Of a DNA stretch of 41,475 bases, positions 25,491 through 35,231 are shown one piece after another. Source of the DNA: a virus (taxonomy: Duplodnaviria; Caudoviricetes); the IMG/VR virus record IMGVR_UViG_3300036904_000029, positions 1 through 41,475 of that record. The stretch is one strand, 5' to 3'. The position numbers and the translations under genes were made by a program. Each line of letters begins with the position of its first letter. Position 1 is the stretch's first letter. The notes under the pieces are model-generated. The model saw only the letters and a program-made list of their open reading frames with translations, ran no database searches and was not told the origin of the DNA.

Positions 25491-28178
25491 ATGAAGGAAA
25501 AATACAAGCCATACGTTCCCACCAAGGCGGAAGCTCGGATTGACAAGGTTATCGGACTGTTCGCACCGATGCGCGCAGAACACCGTATGCAATCGCGGGA
25601 GCGGATGAATTACTTCCGCTACCTTGCCGCGCAATCCAACAACGTGCGGCAGAACGCGCATCCAAGCAGTTCCGGCGAAACGATCCGGGGAAGCCGGGAG
25701 AAAATGCAACTCATGTGGAACGCAATCGACATGATTGACAATTCCGGGCTTGGGGAAGGGATGCTGAAAAGGCTTGCGGATTACACCGCCGGGACGTTGC
25801 GATACCAAGCGCGAACCGGCGACAAGGCGGTTAATGAGGCATACGAAAGTTATTTGAAGGTGAAATTCGGAAAGGCAATCGACTACTCGAAGCGGTTTAC
25901 CTTGCGGCAAAAGGCGCAGCTTTCCGTGCGAAGCATTGCGCTAAAGGGCGATGTTGGACAGAACACCGTGCGCGAGGATTCGGAAATTTACTTCCAAGGC
26001 ATCGAAGCCAACCGAATCGGTGATCCCTACAATTACAACATTTCAAACCGATACATCCGGGGAATCCATATCGACGGAACCGGGACGCCGCAAGCATACG
26101 ACATCTACTCGCAGGATCGGAATTCCGCGTTCTACCGTTTTGAAATGCAAGTACCGGCGTTTGAAAAAACGGGACTGCCAAGGTTTCTTTTCGCGCACAA
26201 TCCAATCAGCTATGACGATTATCGCGGAGTGACGCTGTTCAAATCCGCAATCGACAACATCACGTTTTTGGATCAAATGCGGCAGTACGAATTGCAGGCA
26301 ATGCTTTGGGCATCTTCGCAGAGCGGCGTTTACAAGACCAAAAGCGGCACGCTGCCGGAAGGATTGCCGTTTGACGAAAACCAGCCGGAAGTGGACGCAT
26401 CCGGCAACAAGCTTCGCAGCTTCACCGTTCGCCCCAACACCGTGCAGGCAATCGGGGACGGGGAAGATGTTCACCTGTTCCCAAACGAACGGCCAAGCCC
26501 AAACGTGATTTCAATGTATCACGATTCCATCAAAGATTTTTGCGTTGGAACGGGATTCACTTTCTCTTTCGTGTACGACGCAACCGGGCTGAACGGCACG
26601 GCGATGCGCTACTGTTCATCGCAAGACAAGCGCGCAATCATCACTTGGGAATTAAACCTTTTGGAAAACATGCTTGATCCCATTGCGATGCTCACGCTTG
26701 GCAATGGCATTGCAAACGGAGAAATTCCCTATCATCCGAATTGGCGCAATGGTACGTTTATCTTTCCACCGTGGCCGACAGTGGACGCGGGCAGGGAGAG
26801 CGCCGCGAACATTAACGAAGTGAATGCCGGTATAAACAGCGGCACGCGGGTTGCAATCGAAAATTCCGATGATATAGGGGAAATTACGAAGGAACTTTCG
26901 CACGAAACGCAAAACCGAATTCAGGAAGCGAAGCGGATTGCGAAAGAGGAAGGGATTGACGATTGGCGGGAAGTGTTTGGATTTCTAAAACAGGGCGGCG
27001 GAGAAACCAAACTTTCCCCGCTCACTGAAAAATCCCGTGCGGATCAAACGCAACAAAACCCGCTGGCGGACGCGGACAAGAAAGGCGCAACAAGCGACGG
27101 CGCGGAGTTGGATGAAGATGAAGGCGGCGAAGAAACCGAATTCAAAATGAAAGGGCGCGACGGCGGAACGATCACGCTTCGCGGAAGGGTTGTGAAAAAA
27201 AACGGCAAAACTGTATTTGAACTGAGCGGGGTTGACGATGAATCCCGCGACGATCACGGGCGTTGGACGGAAGGAGGCGGAATATCTGGCGCAGCGTCGC
27301 ACTTGCAACCGACGCAAAAAGTTTTCACTGAGAGCGTGAACAAAAAAGGCGAGAAAGTAACATCGTCAAAATTCCTCACGCACGAAGGAAAGGAATTGCC
27401 GGAACATTTGTCCAAGATGAAAATTCCGCCCGCGTGGACGGATGTAAAAATCTCGCACGATCCGAACGCGAATTTGATGATACAGGGGAAAGATGCGAAG
27501 GGGCGCACGCAATCCGTCTATTCCGAAAATCACACAATGAAACAGGCTGCTGCAAAGTTCGCGCGCATCCGGGAGCTGAGCGAAAAGAAGGACAAAATTT
27601 TTAAGCAGAACGAAGATAATCTTTCACATTCCGATCCGAGCATTCGCGAAAACGCGGCGGCATCACGGCTGATTCATTCCACCGGAATCAGGCCGGGCAG
27701 CGACGCAGAAACCGGCGCGGAGAAAAAAGCATACGGCGCGACAACATTGGAGGGACGCCATGTGACGCAGGATGAAAATGGAAATGTGGTTTTGAAATTC
27801 ACCGGCAAAAAAGGCGTCGATCTTTCCATTCCGGTTGAGGACAAAAAAATTGCAGCCGATTTGCTGGAAAGAAAAAAAGCGGCTGGAGACGCCGGGAAGA
27901 TTTTCAAAACGGATCAGGCGAGCCTTGGCGATTACACGCACACTTTGGACGGCGGAGGATTCAAGACAAAAGATTTCCGAACACTCAAGGGAACAACGAC
28001 CGCGTTGGATGAGATTGAAAAAATGCCCGCTCCGAAAAGCGAAAAGGAATACAAAAAATACGTCAAGACCGTCGCGAGCGCCGTTGCAAAAAAACTCGGA
28101 AACACACCAGCGATTGCGCTGCAATCTTATATCTCGCCTCACGTCTTCGAGGATTGGAAAAACAAACTCGCCGCATAA
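25491..28178 (+). CDS. Lambda-family portal protein fused to a C-terminal type IB DNA topoisomerase domain
   Basis: Portal about aa 1-500 (YRGV, ERPS, TVDAGRE); TopIB about aa 630-895 with IPPAW, GKDAKGRTQ.VY, R734 (GIRPG), K773 (FTGK), R830 (KDFRT), N871 (GNT), Y880 (SYI). Confidence 0.9.
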   Translation: MKEKYKPYVPTKAEARIDKVIGLFAPMRAEHRMQSRERMNYFRYLAAQSNNVRQNAHPSSSGETIRGSREKMQLMWNAIDMIDNSGLGEGMLKRLADYTAGTLRYQARTGDKAVNEAYESYLKVKFGKAIDYSKRFTLRQKAQLSVRSIALKGDVGQNTVREDSEIYFQGIEANRIGDPYNYNISNRYIRGIHIDGTGTPQAYDIYSQDRNSAFYRFEMQVPAFEKTGLPRFLFAHNPISYDDYRGVTLFKSAIDNITFLDQMRQYELQAMLWASSQSGVYKTKSGTLPEGLPFDENQPEVDASGNKLRSFTVRPNTVQAIGDGEDVHLFPNERPSPNVISMYHDSIKDFCVGTGFTFSFVYDATGLNGTAMRYCSSQDKRAIITWELNLLENMLDPIAMLTLGNGIANGEIPYHPNWRNGTFIFPPWPTVDAGRESAANINEVNAGINSGTRVAIENSDDIGEITKELSHETQNRIQEAKRIAKEEGIDDWREVFGFLKQGGGETKLSPLTEKSRADQTQQNPLADADKKGATSDGAELDEDEGGEETEFKMKGRDGGTITLRGRVVKKNGKTVFELSGVDDESRDDHGRWTEGGGISGAASHLQPTQKVFTESVNKKGEKVTSSKFLTHEGKELPEHLSKMKIPPAWTDVKISHDPNANLMIQGKDAKGRTQSVYSENHTMKQAAAKFARIRELSEKKDKIFKQNEDNLSHSDPSIRENAAASRLIHSTGIRPGSDAETGAEKKAYGATTLEGRHVTQDENGNVVLKFTGKKGVDLSIPVEDKKIAADLLERKKAAGDAGKIFKTDQASLGDYTHTLDGGGFKTKDFRTLKGTTTALDEIEKMPAPKSEKEYKKYVKTVASAVAKKLGNTPAIALQSYISPHVFEDWKNKLAA

Positions 28179-28179
28179 C

Positions 28180-28374
28180 ATGCCCAAAATTTTACAGCAA
28201 AAAACGGATACGCATTTCGGCGCGGTTGGAAAAGACTGCGAAAATTGGCGCGAGGCGGAAACAAATGACGACGATCCCGATGACGAAATTCTTGCGGACA
28301 CGCCGGATGACGTGGTTTCGATATTGGGATTCGACCCGAAGGAATTTTCAAAACCCGTGCCAAGCGCGAAATAA
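28180..28374 (+). CDS. Small acidic protein immediately after the topoisomerase domain
   Basis: 64 aa, NDDDPDDEILADTPDDVVSILGFDP. Confidence 0.65.
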   Translation: MPKILQQKTDTHFGAVGKDCENWREAETNDDDPDDEILADTPDDVVSILGFDPKEFSKPVPSAK

Positions 28375-28461
28375 AACGCAGATTTTATTTCAAAAAAAGA
28401 TGAGAAAAAGTCTTGCGTTAATTACCGCGACAAAGTAACAATCGCACAAGTCAAAAACGAA

Positions 28462-29448
28462 ATGCTATTCCGATCCAAACAAAGCCTTGGCAGTAACGCG
28501 ATGGAAAACCGCGTTGACCGGGAAACGGGAATCATCAAAGGCGTTTCGCTGATTGCTTTCGGCGCGGCGAAAGGCCACAAGATTCTTTGCGACGACGAAA
28601 CGCTCAAGCAGGTCTTGGAAAAGGGGAAGGCGTTCAAAAACGGAATCCCGATCAAATGGAATCCTGACACGAACGATCACGGGCCAGCTTCGATTTGCGG
28701 GAAACCGATTCAGAACACTTACCGTATTTCAGGCGGCAAAGTTCTTTGCGACGTGCAAGTTTACAAAAGTTATCCGTACAAGGATTATCTGTTTGACATT
28801 TGCGAGGATCGTCCCGATAACTTCGGAATCAGCATCGAATTCAAGGGCGATCCCGAAACCAAAGACGGAATCAACTTTGCGCGATGCGAAGAATTGAACG
28901 CAGCAACATTTGTGGACATGCCCGCCGCCAACAGCGAAGGGCTGTTCCAAGAAAAAGAAAAACCAACCGAAGAAACCAATATGGCACTATCCGCCGAAGA
29001 TAAACGCGAATTCGCATCCATGCTTTCCGAAGCAATCAAACCGCTTTCGGAAAAAGTGGACAAAACGCAAAAAGATTTCCAAGCCTTTCAGGAAGGCGCG
29101 AAAAAAGAAACTCCGCCGACAGCCGACGAAATGAAGGAAGCCGGTTGCGCCGACACGGACAGCGACGACGACAAGGCGAAGAAAGTCACGGCATACCGGC
29201 AGAAGATGAACGCGCCGGTTACGAACGCCGGGTTGATGAAGTTTTTCCGCGCGAACGGCGGGCGTCCCGTTGGCGCAAGCGTCCCGGCGGACGGCGACAA
29301 GGGCGGCGATGCGTTCATGGCAAAAGTGAACCACTTCAAAACCGGCGAAGTCACCGAACCGGAAGCGATCCGGCTTGCGGCAAAAGCTTTCCCGAAACTC
29401 TACAACGCTTTCATGGCGAAACCGGCGAAACAGCCGGAAGCCGCGTAA
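28462..29448 (+). CDS. Prohead protease/scaffold
   Basis: VDRETGIIKGVSLI..G.AKGH, FGISI, FVDMPAAN; possible internal scaffold start MALSAEDK at 28981. Confidence 0.75.
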   Translation: MLFRSKQSLGSNAMENRVDRETGIIKGVSLIAFGAAKGHKILCDDETLKQVLEKGKAFKNGIPIKWNPDTNDHGPASICGKPIQNTYRISGGKVLCDVQVYKSYPYKDYLFDICEDRPDNFGISIEFKGDPETKDGINFARCEELNAATFVDMPAANSEGLFQEKEKPTEETNMALSAEDKREFASMLSEAIKPLSEKVDKTQKDFQAFQEGAKKETPPTADEMKEAGCADTDSDDDKAKKVTAYRQKMNAPVTNAGLMKFFRANGGRPVGASVPADGDKGGDAFMAKVNHFKTGEVTEPEAIRLAAKAFPKLYNAFMAKPAKQPEAA

Positions 29449-29492
29449 GGCTGCAAATCCACAAAACCAAAACCTAACCGGAATAAAAAACG

Positions 29493-29864
29493 ATGTCCGT
29501 CCAAGCTTCATACGTCGGCGTACAGCCGAGAACAATCATTTGCGGAGCGGTTGCGCTTGTGCGCGGAAGCCGCGTCAACATCCTGCTTGGCGTTGCCGCC
29601 GTAGCGGATCATACGACACGCGGGCAGTTTGTCGTCAACCAAGACATCGCAATCGGTGAAGCCGGGGAAGGCTATTCCATGCAGGGCGGCGGCAAAGTCA
29701 ACGGGCTTGTCAGCGTTGCGGTCAATCAGGACGATCCCGCTTATGGCGACGACAACGGAAAATTCACCAATGTCAGCGCGGGCGGGAACATCCTTGTCGG
29801 AAAATTCGCACAAGCGGCGGCGATCGGCGGGATCGTGGACATCGAACTGTTTAACCCGGCGTAA
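29493..29864 (+). CDS. Capsid decoration/cement protein (DUF2190-like)
   Basis: Small Gly/Ala/Val-rich beta protein preceding the major capsid gene. Confidence 0.7.
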   Translation: MSVQASYVGVQPRTIICGAVALVRGSRVNILLGVAAVADHTTRGQFVVNQDIAIGEAGEGYSMQGGGKVNGLVSVAVNQDDPAYGDDNGKFTNVSAGGNILVGKFAQAAAIGGIVDIELFNPA

Positions 29865-29911
29865 AAACAAAGCTTCCAACAAAAATTCAACCATAAAATA
29901 AGGAAAAACCC

Positions 29912-30976
29912 ATGCCAGTATTCACCGTGTCAGCCGCCCGCCCGCGCCAAGAACTTTCGCTCGCCATTGTAGAGGGGGAGGGAATGGTTGACGGACTTAT
30001 CGGGCAGGAAATTTATCCCGATTTCCCGATCAACCGGCGCACCGCGCATATTATCAAAGCTTCGCTGGCAAACACACAGGGGTTGCGGCTGATTGCGGAT
30101 GCGAAGTTCATCCATGCGCCCGGAACGAAATTTGAGCGTGTTGTGGCGAAATTTGATGACGACACGATGACTGTCACGCTTCGCGGGCAGGAAATCGTTG
30201 TCCCCAACGAAGTTTCGTTGGATTACGACGAATACTTAGACCAAGAATCCTTTTGGGCGTCCCGTTTCGGCAACGAAACTTCGGCGCTGACAAAGGAATA
30301 CCTGATTGAACTGGCGACGTTCTCTACGGCGACATTCGGCGCGGCAACCAACTCCAACGTGGCTTACACGGCGGCGGCACGCGACATTTCCGGCCCGCTC
30401 GGAATGAATCCCGTGCAAGACATCATCGCCAGCATCCGGCGCGTCAAAGCGAAGGGTGAAATTCCCGATACCGTTGCCATGAGCGGATTGGTGTGGGAGC
30501 GGGTTTCCACCTGCTTGAACACCCTGCAATTTGTGCGCGGTTTCTTGCAGGCAAACGCGGATGTCACCTTGGACAATTTCAGCAAGGCGCTGGCATCTTA
30601 CGGCATCAAGAAAGTGTTGGTGGGAGATTCGTACTACAACATCGCGGCGGAGAGCGCGACTCCCAACCTTGTCCCGATTTGGAGCACCGCTTACATTTGG
30701 GTTGGAAAATCCGGCAAGAAATCCAAACCGGCGACAACCGGCGGCGTTGCCGTGCCAACCCTTGGCGGCGTCGGTGCGAACATCTATTGGGAGGGTTACG
30801 CTCCCGGCGGAAAGCCTTCAATCGGACTTGACGCCAAAGAATTCGTTGGCGGGAATTACGTTGAATCGTATCCCGATCTTTCCATCGACTCCATGATCGT
30901 ACGCGTCAAAATGTCGTCGCTACCATACACCGGCAACCCGCGCGCTGGCGATTTGATTGCAACGCAGTACGTTTAA
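29912..30976 (+). CDS. Major capsid protein
   Basis: 354 aa, position, IYP..P N-terminal and PDTVAM motifs of HK97-fold capsids. Confidence 0.8.
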   Translation: MPVFTVSAARPRQELSLAIVEGEGMVDGLIGQEIYPDFPINRRTAHIIKASLANTQGLRLIADAKFIHAPGTKFERVVAKFDDDTMTVTLRGQEIVVPNEVSLDYDEYLDQESFWASRFGNETSALTKEYLIELATFSTATFGAATNSNVAYTAAARDISGPLGMNPVQDIIASIRRVKAKGEIPDTVAMSGLVWERVSTCLNTLQFVRGFLQANADVTLDNFSKALASYGIKKVLVGDSYYNIAAESATPNLVPIWSTAYIWVGKSGKKSKPATTGGVAVPTLGGVGANIYWEGYAPGGKPSIGLDAKEFVGGNYVESYPDLSIDSMIVRVKMSSLPYTGNPRAGDLIATQYV

Positions 30977-31028
30977 GCTTCAAAAAACGAAGTTGAAACG
31001 CCGTAAAAATTCAAAAGGAAAAAATCCC

Positions 31029-31361
31029 ATGCCCAACGAAAACGAAAACGATAAAGAAAAAGACGACAAAGCCAAGGAAGCCGCCGCCAAGGAAGCCGCC
31101 GCCAAGGAAGCTTCAAAGCCGCAAGCTGGCAAGAAATACGTCCATATCAAAGATGGCGCACCGTCCAAGGGAAAAGTGTTCACCCTGAAAATCGACAAAG
31201 ACGAACCGAAGGGCCGCACGCACACGGCAGTAAGCGAGCCGGTCCTAGGGCCGAAACCCAACGGCAACAGTCCCAAAGACGCGCCGCAACCAATCATTCA
31301 CCCAGGCCACACTTGGCAGGGAACCGAAGCGGAATTCCGGCAGGAATTTGAAAAGGAATAA
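31029..31361 (+). CDS. Hypothetical protein with KEAAA repeats
   Basis: gccaaggaagccgcc tandem repeat at about 31071-31111. Confidence 0.6.
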   Translation: MPNENENDKEKDDKAKEAAAKEAAAKEASKPQAGKKYVHIKDGAPSKGKVFTLKIDKDEPKGRTHTAVSEPVLGPKPNGNSPKDAPQPIIHPGHTWQGTEAEFRQEFEKE

Positions 31362-31404
31362 CCGCTTCCCGAAATCCATTCACAGCAACTTTCAAAAACA
31401 AACC

Positions 31405-32034
31405 ATGAAAAAACTCAAATCAATCTTCAACATTCAGCCGATCCTTGCGATCCTTGCGATCCTTGCGATCGTCGAAGTTCCAATCCCGACATGCGCCGAA
31501 GTGTATGAAGCGGGCGGAACAAGCGTGGCGACCGACACGCTGAAACCGATTTCGTTCACGCATCCCGCAAGCATCTCCCCAAGCTTCCTTGTCACTTCAT
31601 CGACGTATGGCAGCAATCAGGTTATTGGCGGGTTGCTGACATTGACCAATGCGGTACGCTCGCAGGGCGGAAGCGCAACAATTCAGGGCGTCACGCTCAT
31701 TGACAGCAACAACCCGGTTCAAAAGATTCCGATTCAAATTGTCATTTTCGATACGACTACCCTTTCCGGGACGTACACCGATCACACTTCGGTGAACATC
31801 AATTCGCTGGACATTCCGCATGTCCTTTGGACAGGAACAATTCCGGCAACAAGCTACATTCAGACAAGCGGAACACTGGTTGCGATTGCAACGCAAACAT
31901 TTTCATCCTACGGGCTTGTTGCCGCCGGAACCAGCACAAACCTTGGCGCGATCTTGGTTACAACCGCAACTTCCGCGCTCGCGCTTTCCGGCACAACAAC
32001 AATTTCGGCGCGATTTCTTTTGGATCAAAAATAA
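31405..32034 (+). CDS. Beta-rich putative virion/exported protein with signal peptide
   Basis: MKKLK...ILAILAILAI (GATCCTTGC x3, 31440-31470); Thr/Ser-rich. Confidence 0.6.
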   Translation: MKKLKSIFNIQPILAILAILAIVEVPIPTCAEVYEAGGTSVATDTLKPISFTHPASISPSFLVTSSTYGSNQVIGGLLTLTNAVRSQGGSATIQGVTLIDSNNPVQKIPIQIVIFDTTTLSGTYTDHTSVNINSLDIPHVLWTGTIPATSYIQTSGTLVAIATQTFSSYGLVAAGTSTNLGAILVTTATSALALSGTTTISARFLLDQK

Positions 32035-32075
32035 TCTTCCGGCGTGAGAAACCGGAGGGGAAAAAGTGCGAGGGG

Positions 32076-32115
32076 GCAACCCCGGCGGATTCAAACACGC
32101 CGGGGTTGTTTTTTT
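32076..32115 (+). terminator. Rho-independent terminator after the head genes
   Basis: gcaaccccggcg/cgccggggttgt stem plus T tract. Confidence 0.8.
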
Positions 32116-32132
32116 GTGAAGCATAAAACAAA

Positions 32133-32468
32133 ATGCCAATCAACCTAGATGCGCTAGGAAGGGATTTGAAAGCATGTATTCTGGACATGCCCGCAACGAT
32201 CCGGTACAGGACAAAACTAATCACCGTATCTTACAATCCTTCCGACGAAATGAACATGCTGCTTAACGGCGGGTTGCTGGAAAACGTCACAGCAACGATC
32301 AACGCCTTGCGCGCAGACTTCGGAAAAAGGCTTCCAAGGGAGCGGGACATCATCGAAATTCAGCAACGAAACGGGAAGTTTCTGGAATTGGAAGTAAAGA
32401 AAGTTCCAAACCTGAGCGATCCGAACGATCCGGGGTTGTCAATACAGCTTGGAACACCGGAGCAGTAG
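32133..32468 (+). CDS. Head-tail connector (gpFII-like)
   Basis: Size, position, beta-barrel-like pattern. Confidence 0.5.
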   Translation: MPINLDALGRDLKACILDMPATIRYRTKLITVSYNPSDEMNMLLNGGLLENVTATINALRADFGKRLPRERDIIEIQQRNGKFLELEVKKVPNLSDPNDPGLSIQLGTPEQ

Positions 32469-32477
32469 AAAAAAACA

Positions 32478-32903
32478 ATGAGCCAAGGCGATCCATACCC
32501 AAGCAACGTGGAAGCCGCCATTGTGCGCGAACTGCGCTGCTATCCCGCCGCCCGCGCGTGCAACCTTGCACAATGGGATGACGATTCGGATTTCAAACAG
32601 CCGATACTTTGGGTGAAAGCCTCAATTTCGGAATCGCCCGTATATGGACAGCCGGTTTATCGCGTCCAAGTGGAAATCACAAGGGAAGGCAAACCACGGC
32701 GGCACACCCGGCGGCAGGCGGACAAGGCGATACTGGACTTGATCCAAGATTCAAACCTTTGGGGAAGGCTTACGGACGCGACAATTAAGATCCTTGGCCC
32801 GGCGGAAGATATTGCGATGGAACCGACGATTCAGGGCGACTTGCGAAAACGAACCTTCCGATTCAAGCTAATCGGCTACCCGCAAAACCTTTTCGGGGCT
32901 TAG
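32478..32903 (+). CDS. Tail terminator-like protein
   Basis: Size and position. Confidence 0.45.
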   Translation: MSQGDPYPSNVEAAIVRELRCYPAARACNLAQWDDDSDFKQPILWVKASISESPVYGQPVYRVQVEITREGKPRRHTRRQADKAILDLIQDSNLWGRLTDATIKILGPAEDIAMEPTIQGDLRKRTFRFKLIGYPQNLFGA

Positions 32904-32964
32904 AACGTAAAAATATCTTTACAACCGGGCGGGAACGTATTTAACTCTTTCAACCCAAACCAAC

Positions 32965-33324
32965 ATGGCTAACGAAATTCAAATAAACGCAAGCCTTACA
33001 ATTTCGCAAAACGGATTGCAGGTAACTGGACAACTTCAAGGGCTGCAACTAAATCTTAACGGGCCGATGCTTGGAAACGAGCAATCCATCGGCACGGAAA
33101 ACCAGCAGCTTGTGCTGACAGGCGTAACCGCACCGTGCATTCTCTTTGTCAAAAATCTGGACACCGTGAACTATGTTGAGATTTCACTGGACAACGCGCA
33201 AGCCGACGTGATTTCCAAACTCCAACCCGGCCAAGCGTGTCTTGTATTTCTCGAAACGGCGACCGTGTACGCCAAAGCGCACACCGGGGCGGTTAATGTC
33301 GCCATTGCCGCCGGTTCATTGTAA
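32965..33324 (+). CDS. Putative structural protein
   Basis: MANEIQINASL...FVKNLD.VNYVEI...KLQPG. Confidence 0.55.
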   Translation: MANEIQINASLTISQNGLQVTGQLQGLQLNLNGPMLGNEQSIGTENQQLVLTGVTAPCILFVKNLDTVNYVEISLDNAQADVISKLQPGQACLVFLETATVYAKAHTGAVNVAIAAGSL

Positions 33325-33326
33325 AA

Positions 33327-33617
33327 ATGGACAAGCCGAAGCCAAAACAGCTTTCCAAATGTCCGCAATGCGACGGATGCGGCAAAATCGACTCGCGCGA
33401 TCAAAAGCCTTGGAACCGCTTTCAAAAAATGCGCGATCCGGGAGTATTCGCCGGAAACATACAGCCGGTTCTCTGCAAAGACTGCGAGGGAAGCGGATTC
33501 CTTCCAAAACCAAGCGAGCATCCGAAGATTGAAGCGCAGTTCAACAAAGACATGGCGCAATGGCTTGCGGAACAGCGCGAACAAAGCAAAAAACCCGAAC
33601 CTGCAAACGCTGAATAA
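33327..33617 (+). CDS. Small CxxCxGxG zinc-finger protein
   Basis: CPQCDGCG...CKDCEGSG. Confidence 0.6.
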   Translation: MDKPKPKQLSKCPQCDGCGKIDSRDQKPWNRFQKMRDPGVFAGNIQPVLCKDCEGSGFLPKPSEHPKIEAQFNKDMAQWLAEQREQSKKPEPANAE

Positions 33618-33619
33618 AA

Positions 33620-33988
33620 ATGAATCCAATCCTTGTCAATCTGGCCGGTCTGATTTTCCTAATGCAAGCGGAAAGCGGCATTTTGGTTCAAAACTTTGAG
33701 CGGCAGACTTCCCGCACGCGGGAGGATGTTTTCGACGCCAGCCAAGGCGTTGACATCGGTTTCGTTTCCTACAATCCACAGGCAACCTATACCTGCAAGG
33801 GCCGCGTATCCGGCGGCGGCGGCGTGGCGGCGGCATCGCCGGGCGTTTCGATTGCGTTCGCGAACCTTACGACCGGCAACGGCGTTACGGCGGGCGGAAT
33901 TTACACGGAAACGGTTTCCATCAGCCATACGGAAAAAGGATTCCGTGAAATATCCGTTACCGCGATGCAAAAACCCGGAATCGCATAG
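33620..33988 (+). CDS. Putative minimal tail tube protein
   Basis: 122-aa beta-rich protein upstream of the chaperone and tape measure genes. Confidence 0.5.
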   Translation: MNPILVNLAGLIFLMQAESGILVQNFERQTSRTREDVFDASQGVDIGFVSYNPQATYTCKGRVSGGGGVAAASPGVSIAFANLTTGNGVTAGGIYTETVSISHTEKGFREISVTAMQKPGIA

Positions 33989-34050
33989 AATCGCAGACAC
34001 AAAACATCAACCATAGCCCGGCTTGAAAACCGGGAGCTTATCAAAACATC

Positions 34051-34758
34051 ATGCCAGAAAACGAAGTCTTGGACACCGATGCGCGGTTTCCAGTAACGAA
34101 CACAAAACTTGCGGCGGCGGCGGCAACAATGGGATTTGCCGTCAAAAAAATACAGCCGTGCCTGACTGAAATAGACGGCGAGACAAGAAAGGCAAAGACA
34201 ACGATTTGGATGGAACCGGAATTCAGCCGAACGGACAACGGGGAAACGGAACCGATGAGCCGGTACGCCATTGCTTACAGCGATCCGAATTCATGGAAGG
34301 CGAATCCCAAAAACTACCCGGAACATCCGTTCAACTATTGCGTGGCATATCTGGAAGCAAGGGAATGGTTGGTAAAAACCGGCATGGCTGGCGGATTCGG
34401 GCATAAATTGGAACCGGGCAGGGAATATCATTCGACAACGAACTTGCGGGTTGCCGCAACGATCTTCGCGCACAAGCACCCGCTTTACAGCTACCAACTG
34501 AAGAAGTTTTTCTTTGATCCCGAAACGGAAGCCTTGGAAAAAGACTTCAACTCGGGAGAAAGTTCCCTTCCCGTGCAATGGATGAAAACTTGTGCAGAGA
34601 ATTATGAGCGGATGATTGGACTGATTCGCGATTCCAGAAACATCCCATGCGTGAGCATGAGGCGCGTTGCAAACGGAAAAGAGCGCGTGCTTTTGATGCC
34701 CGTCAACTGCCCGGATGATGTCAGGAAAACTTTCGAGCACTACTTTTACGAAAACTAA
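34051..34758 (+). CDS. Hypothetical protein (tail module)
   Basis: Internally repeated T(T)NxxxAAx motif. Confidence 0.6.
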   Translation: MPENEVLDTDARFPVTNTKLAAAAATMGFAVKKIQPCLTEIDGETRKAKTTIWMEPEFSRTDNGETEPMSRYAIAYSDPNSWKANPKNYPEHPFNYCVAYLEAREWLVKTGMAGGFGHKLEPGREYHSTTNLRVAATIFAHKHPLYSYQLKKFFFDPETEALEKDFNSGESSLPVQWMKTCAENYERMIGLIRDSRNIPCVSMRRVANGKERVLLMPVNCPDDVRKTFEHYFYEN

Positions 34759-34781
34759 AGTTCAAACAAATCAACAAATCC

Positions 34782-35231
34782 ATGAGCGAAAACGAAACCC
34801 CAACATCGGAAACCGAATTCAACACGGCAATGGAGCGGCAGTTTACGGAAGCAATGCCGACATTCAAAGGCGTTCAACTTTGGGCATACTCAACAATGCC
34901 ACGGCTGCTTGCGTTTCAAATCAGCCAAGACAACGATTCCGGGACATTTTTCGCATTGTCATTGGTCAAGATACTCATGGACTTGCGGCAGATTTATGGC
35001 CTGAATCTGGAAAGGCTGAAAAACCACGATGCCGCCTTGCGGGAAACGGTGCGTGAATTCATGCAAAAAATTGCGGATCGTGAAGGCTACCGGGTTGACG
35101 TGATGATTTGGGCGGAAACTCTGAGCAAAGAGGATGAAACGGCGGCTTTTGAAATCGTGGCGGGATTCAATGAGAAAGTGAAGCCAACGGAACTGGCTGG
35201 CGTTGCAGCCGGAAGCGATCCGGGAAAATAA
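34782..35231 (+). CDS. Tail assembly chaperone (gpG-like)
   Basis: Ends in the slippery heptamer G GGA AAA before TAA. Confidence 0.7.
   Translation: MSENETPTSETEFNTAMERQFTEAMPTFKGVQLWAYSTMPRLLAFQISQDNDSGTFFALSLVKILMDLRQIYGLNLERLKNHDAALRETVREFMQKIADREGYRVDVMIWAETLSKEDETAAFEIVAGFNEKVKPTELAGVAAGSDPGK

Noticed and set aside
27420-28178. C-terminal portal domain as a tyrosine integrase or IntI
   Set aside because: Motifs (IPPAW, KGRxQxxY, KDFRT, GNT-x7-Y) are those of TopIB; the HxxR box and the IntI-specific insertion are not seen, so there is no support for it acting on the attC-like sites
31071-31111. KEAAAKEAAAKEA resembling a synthetic EAAAK linker
   Set aside because: Simple 15-bp tandem duplication in a charged region; no other sign of engineered sequence
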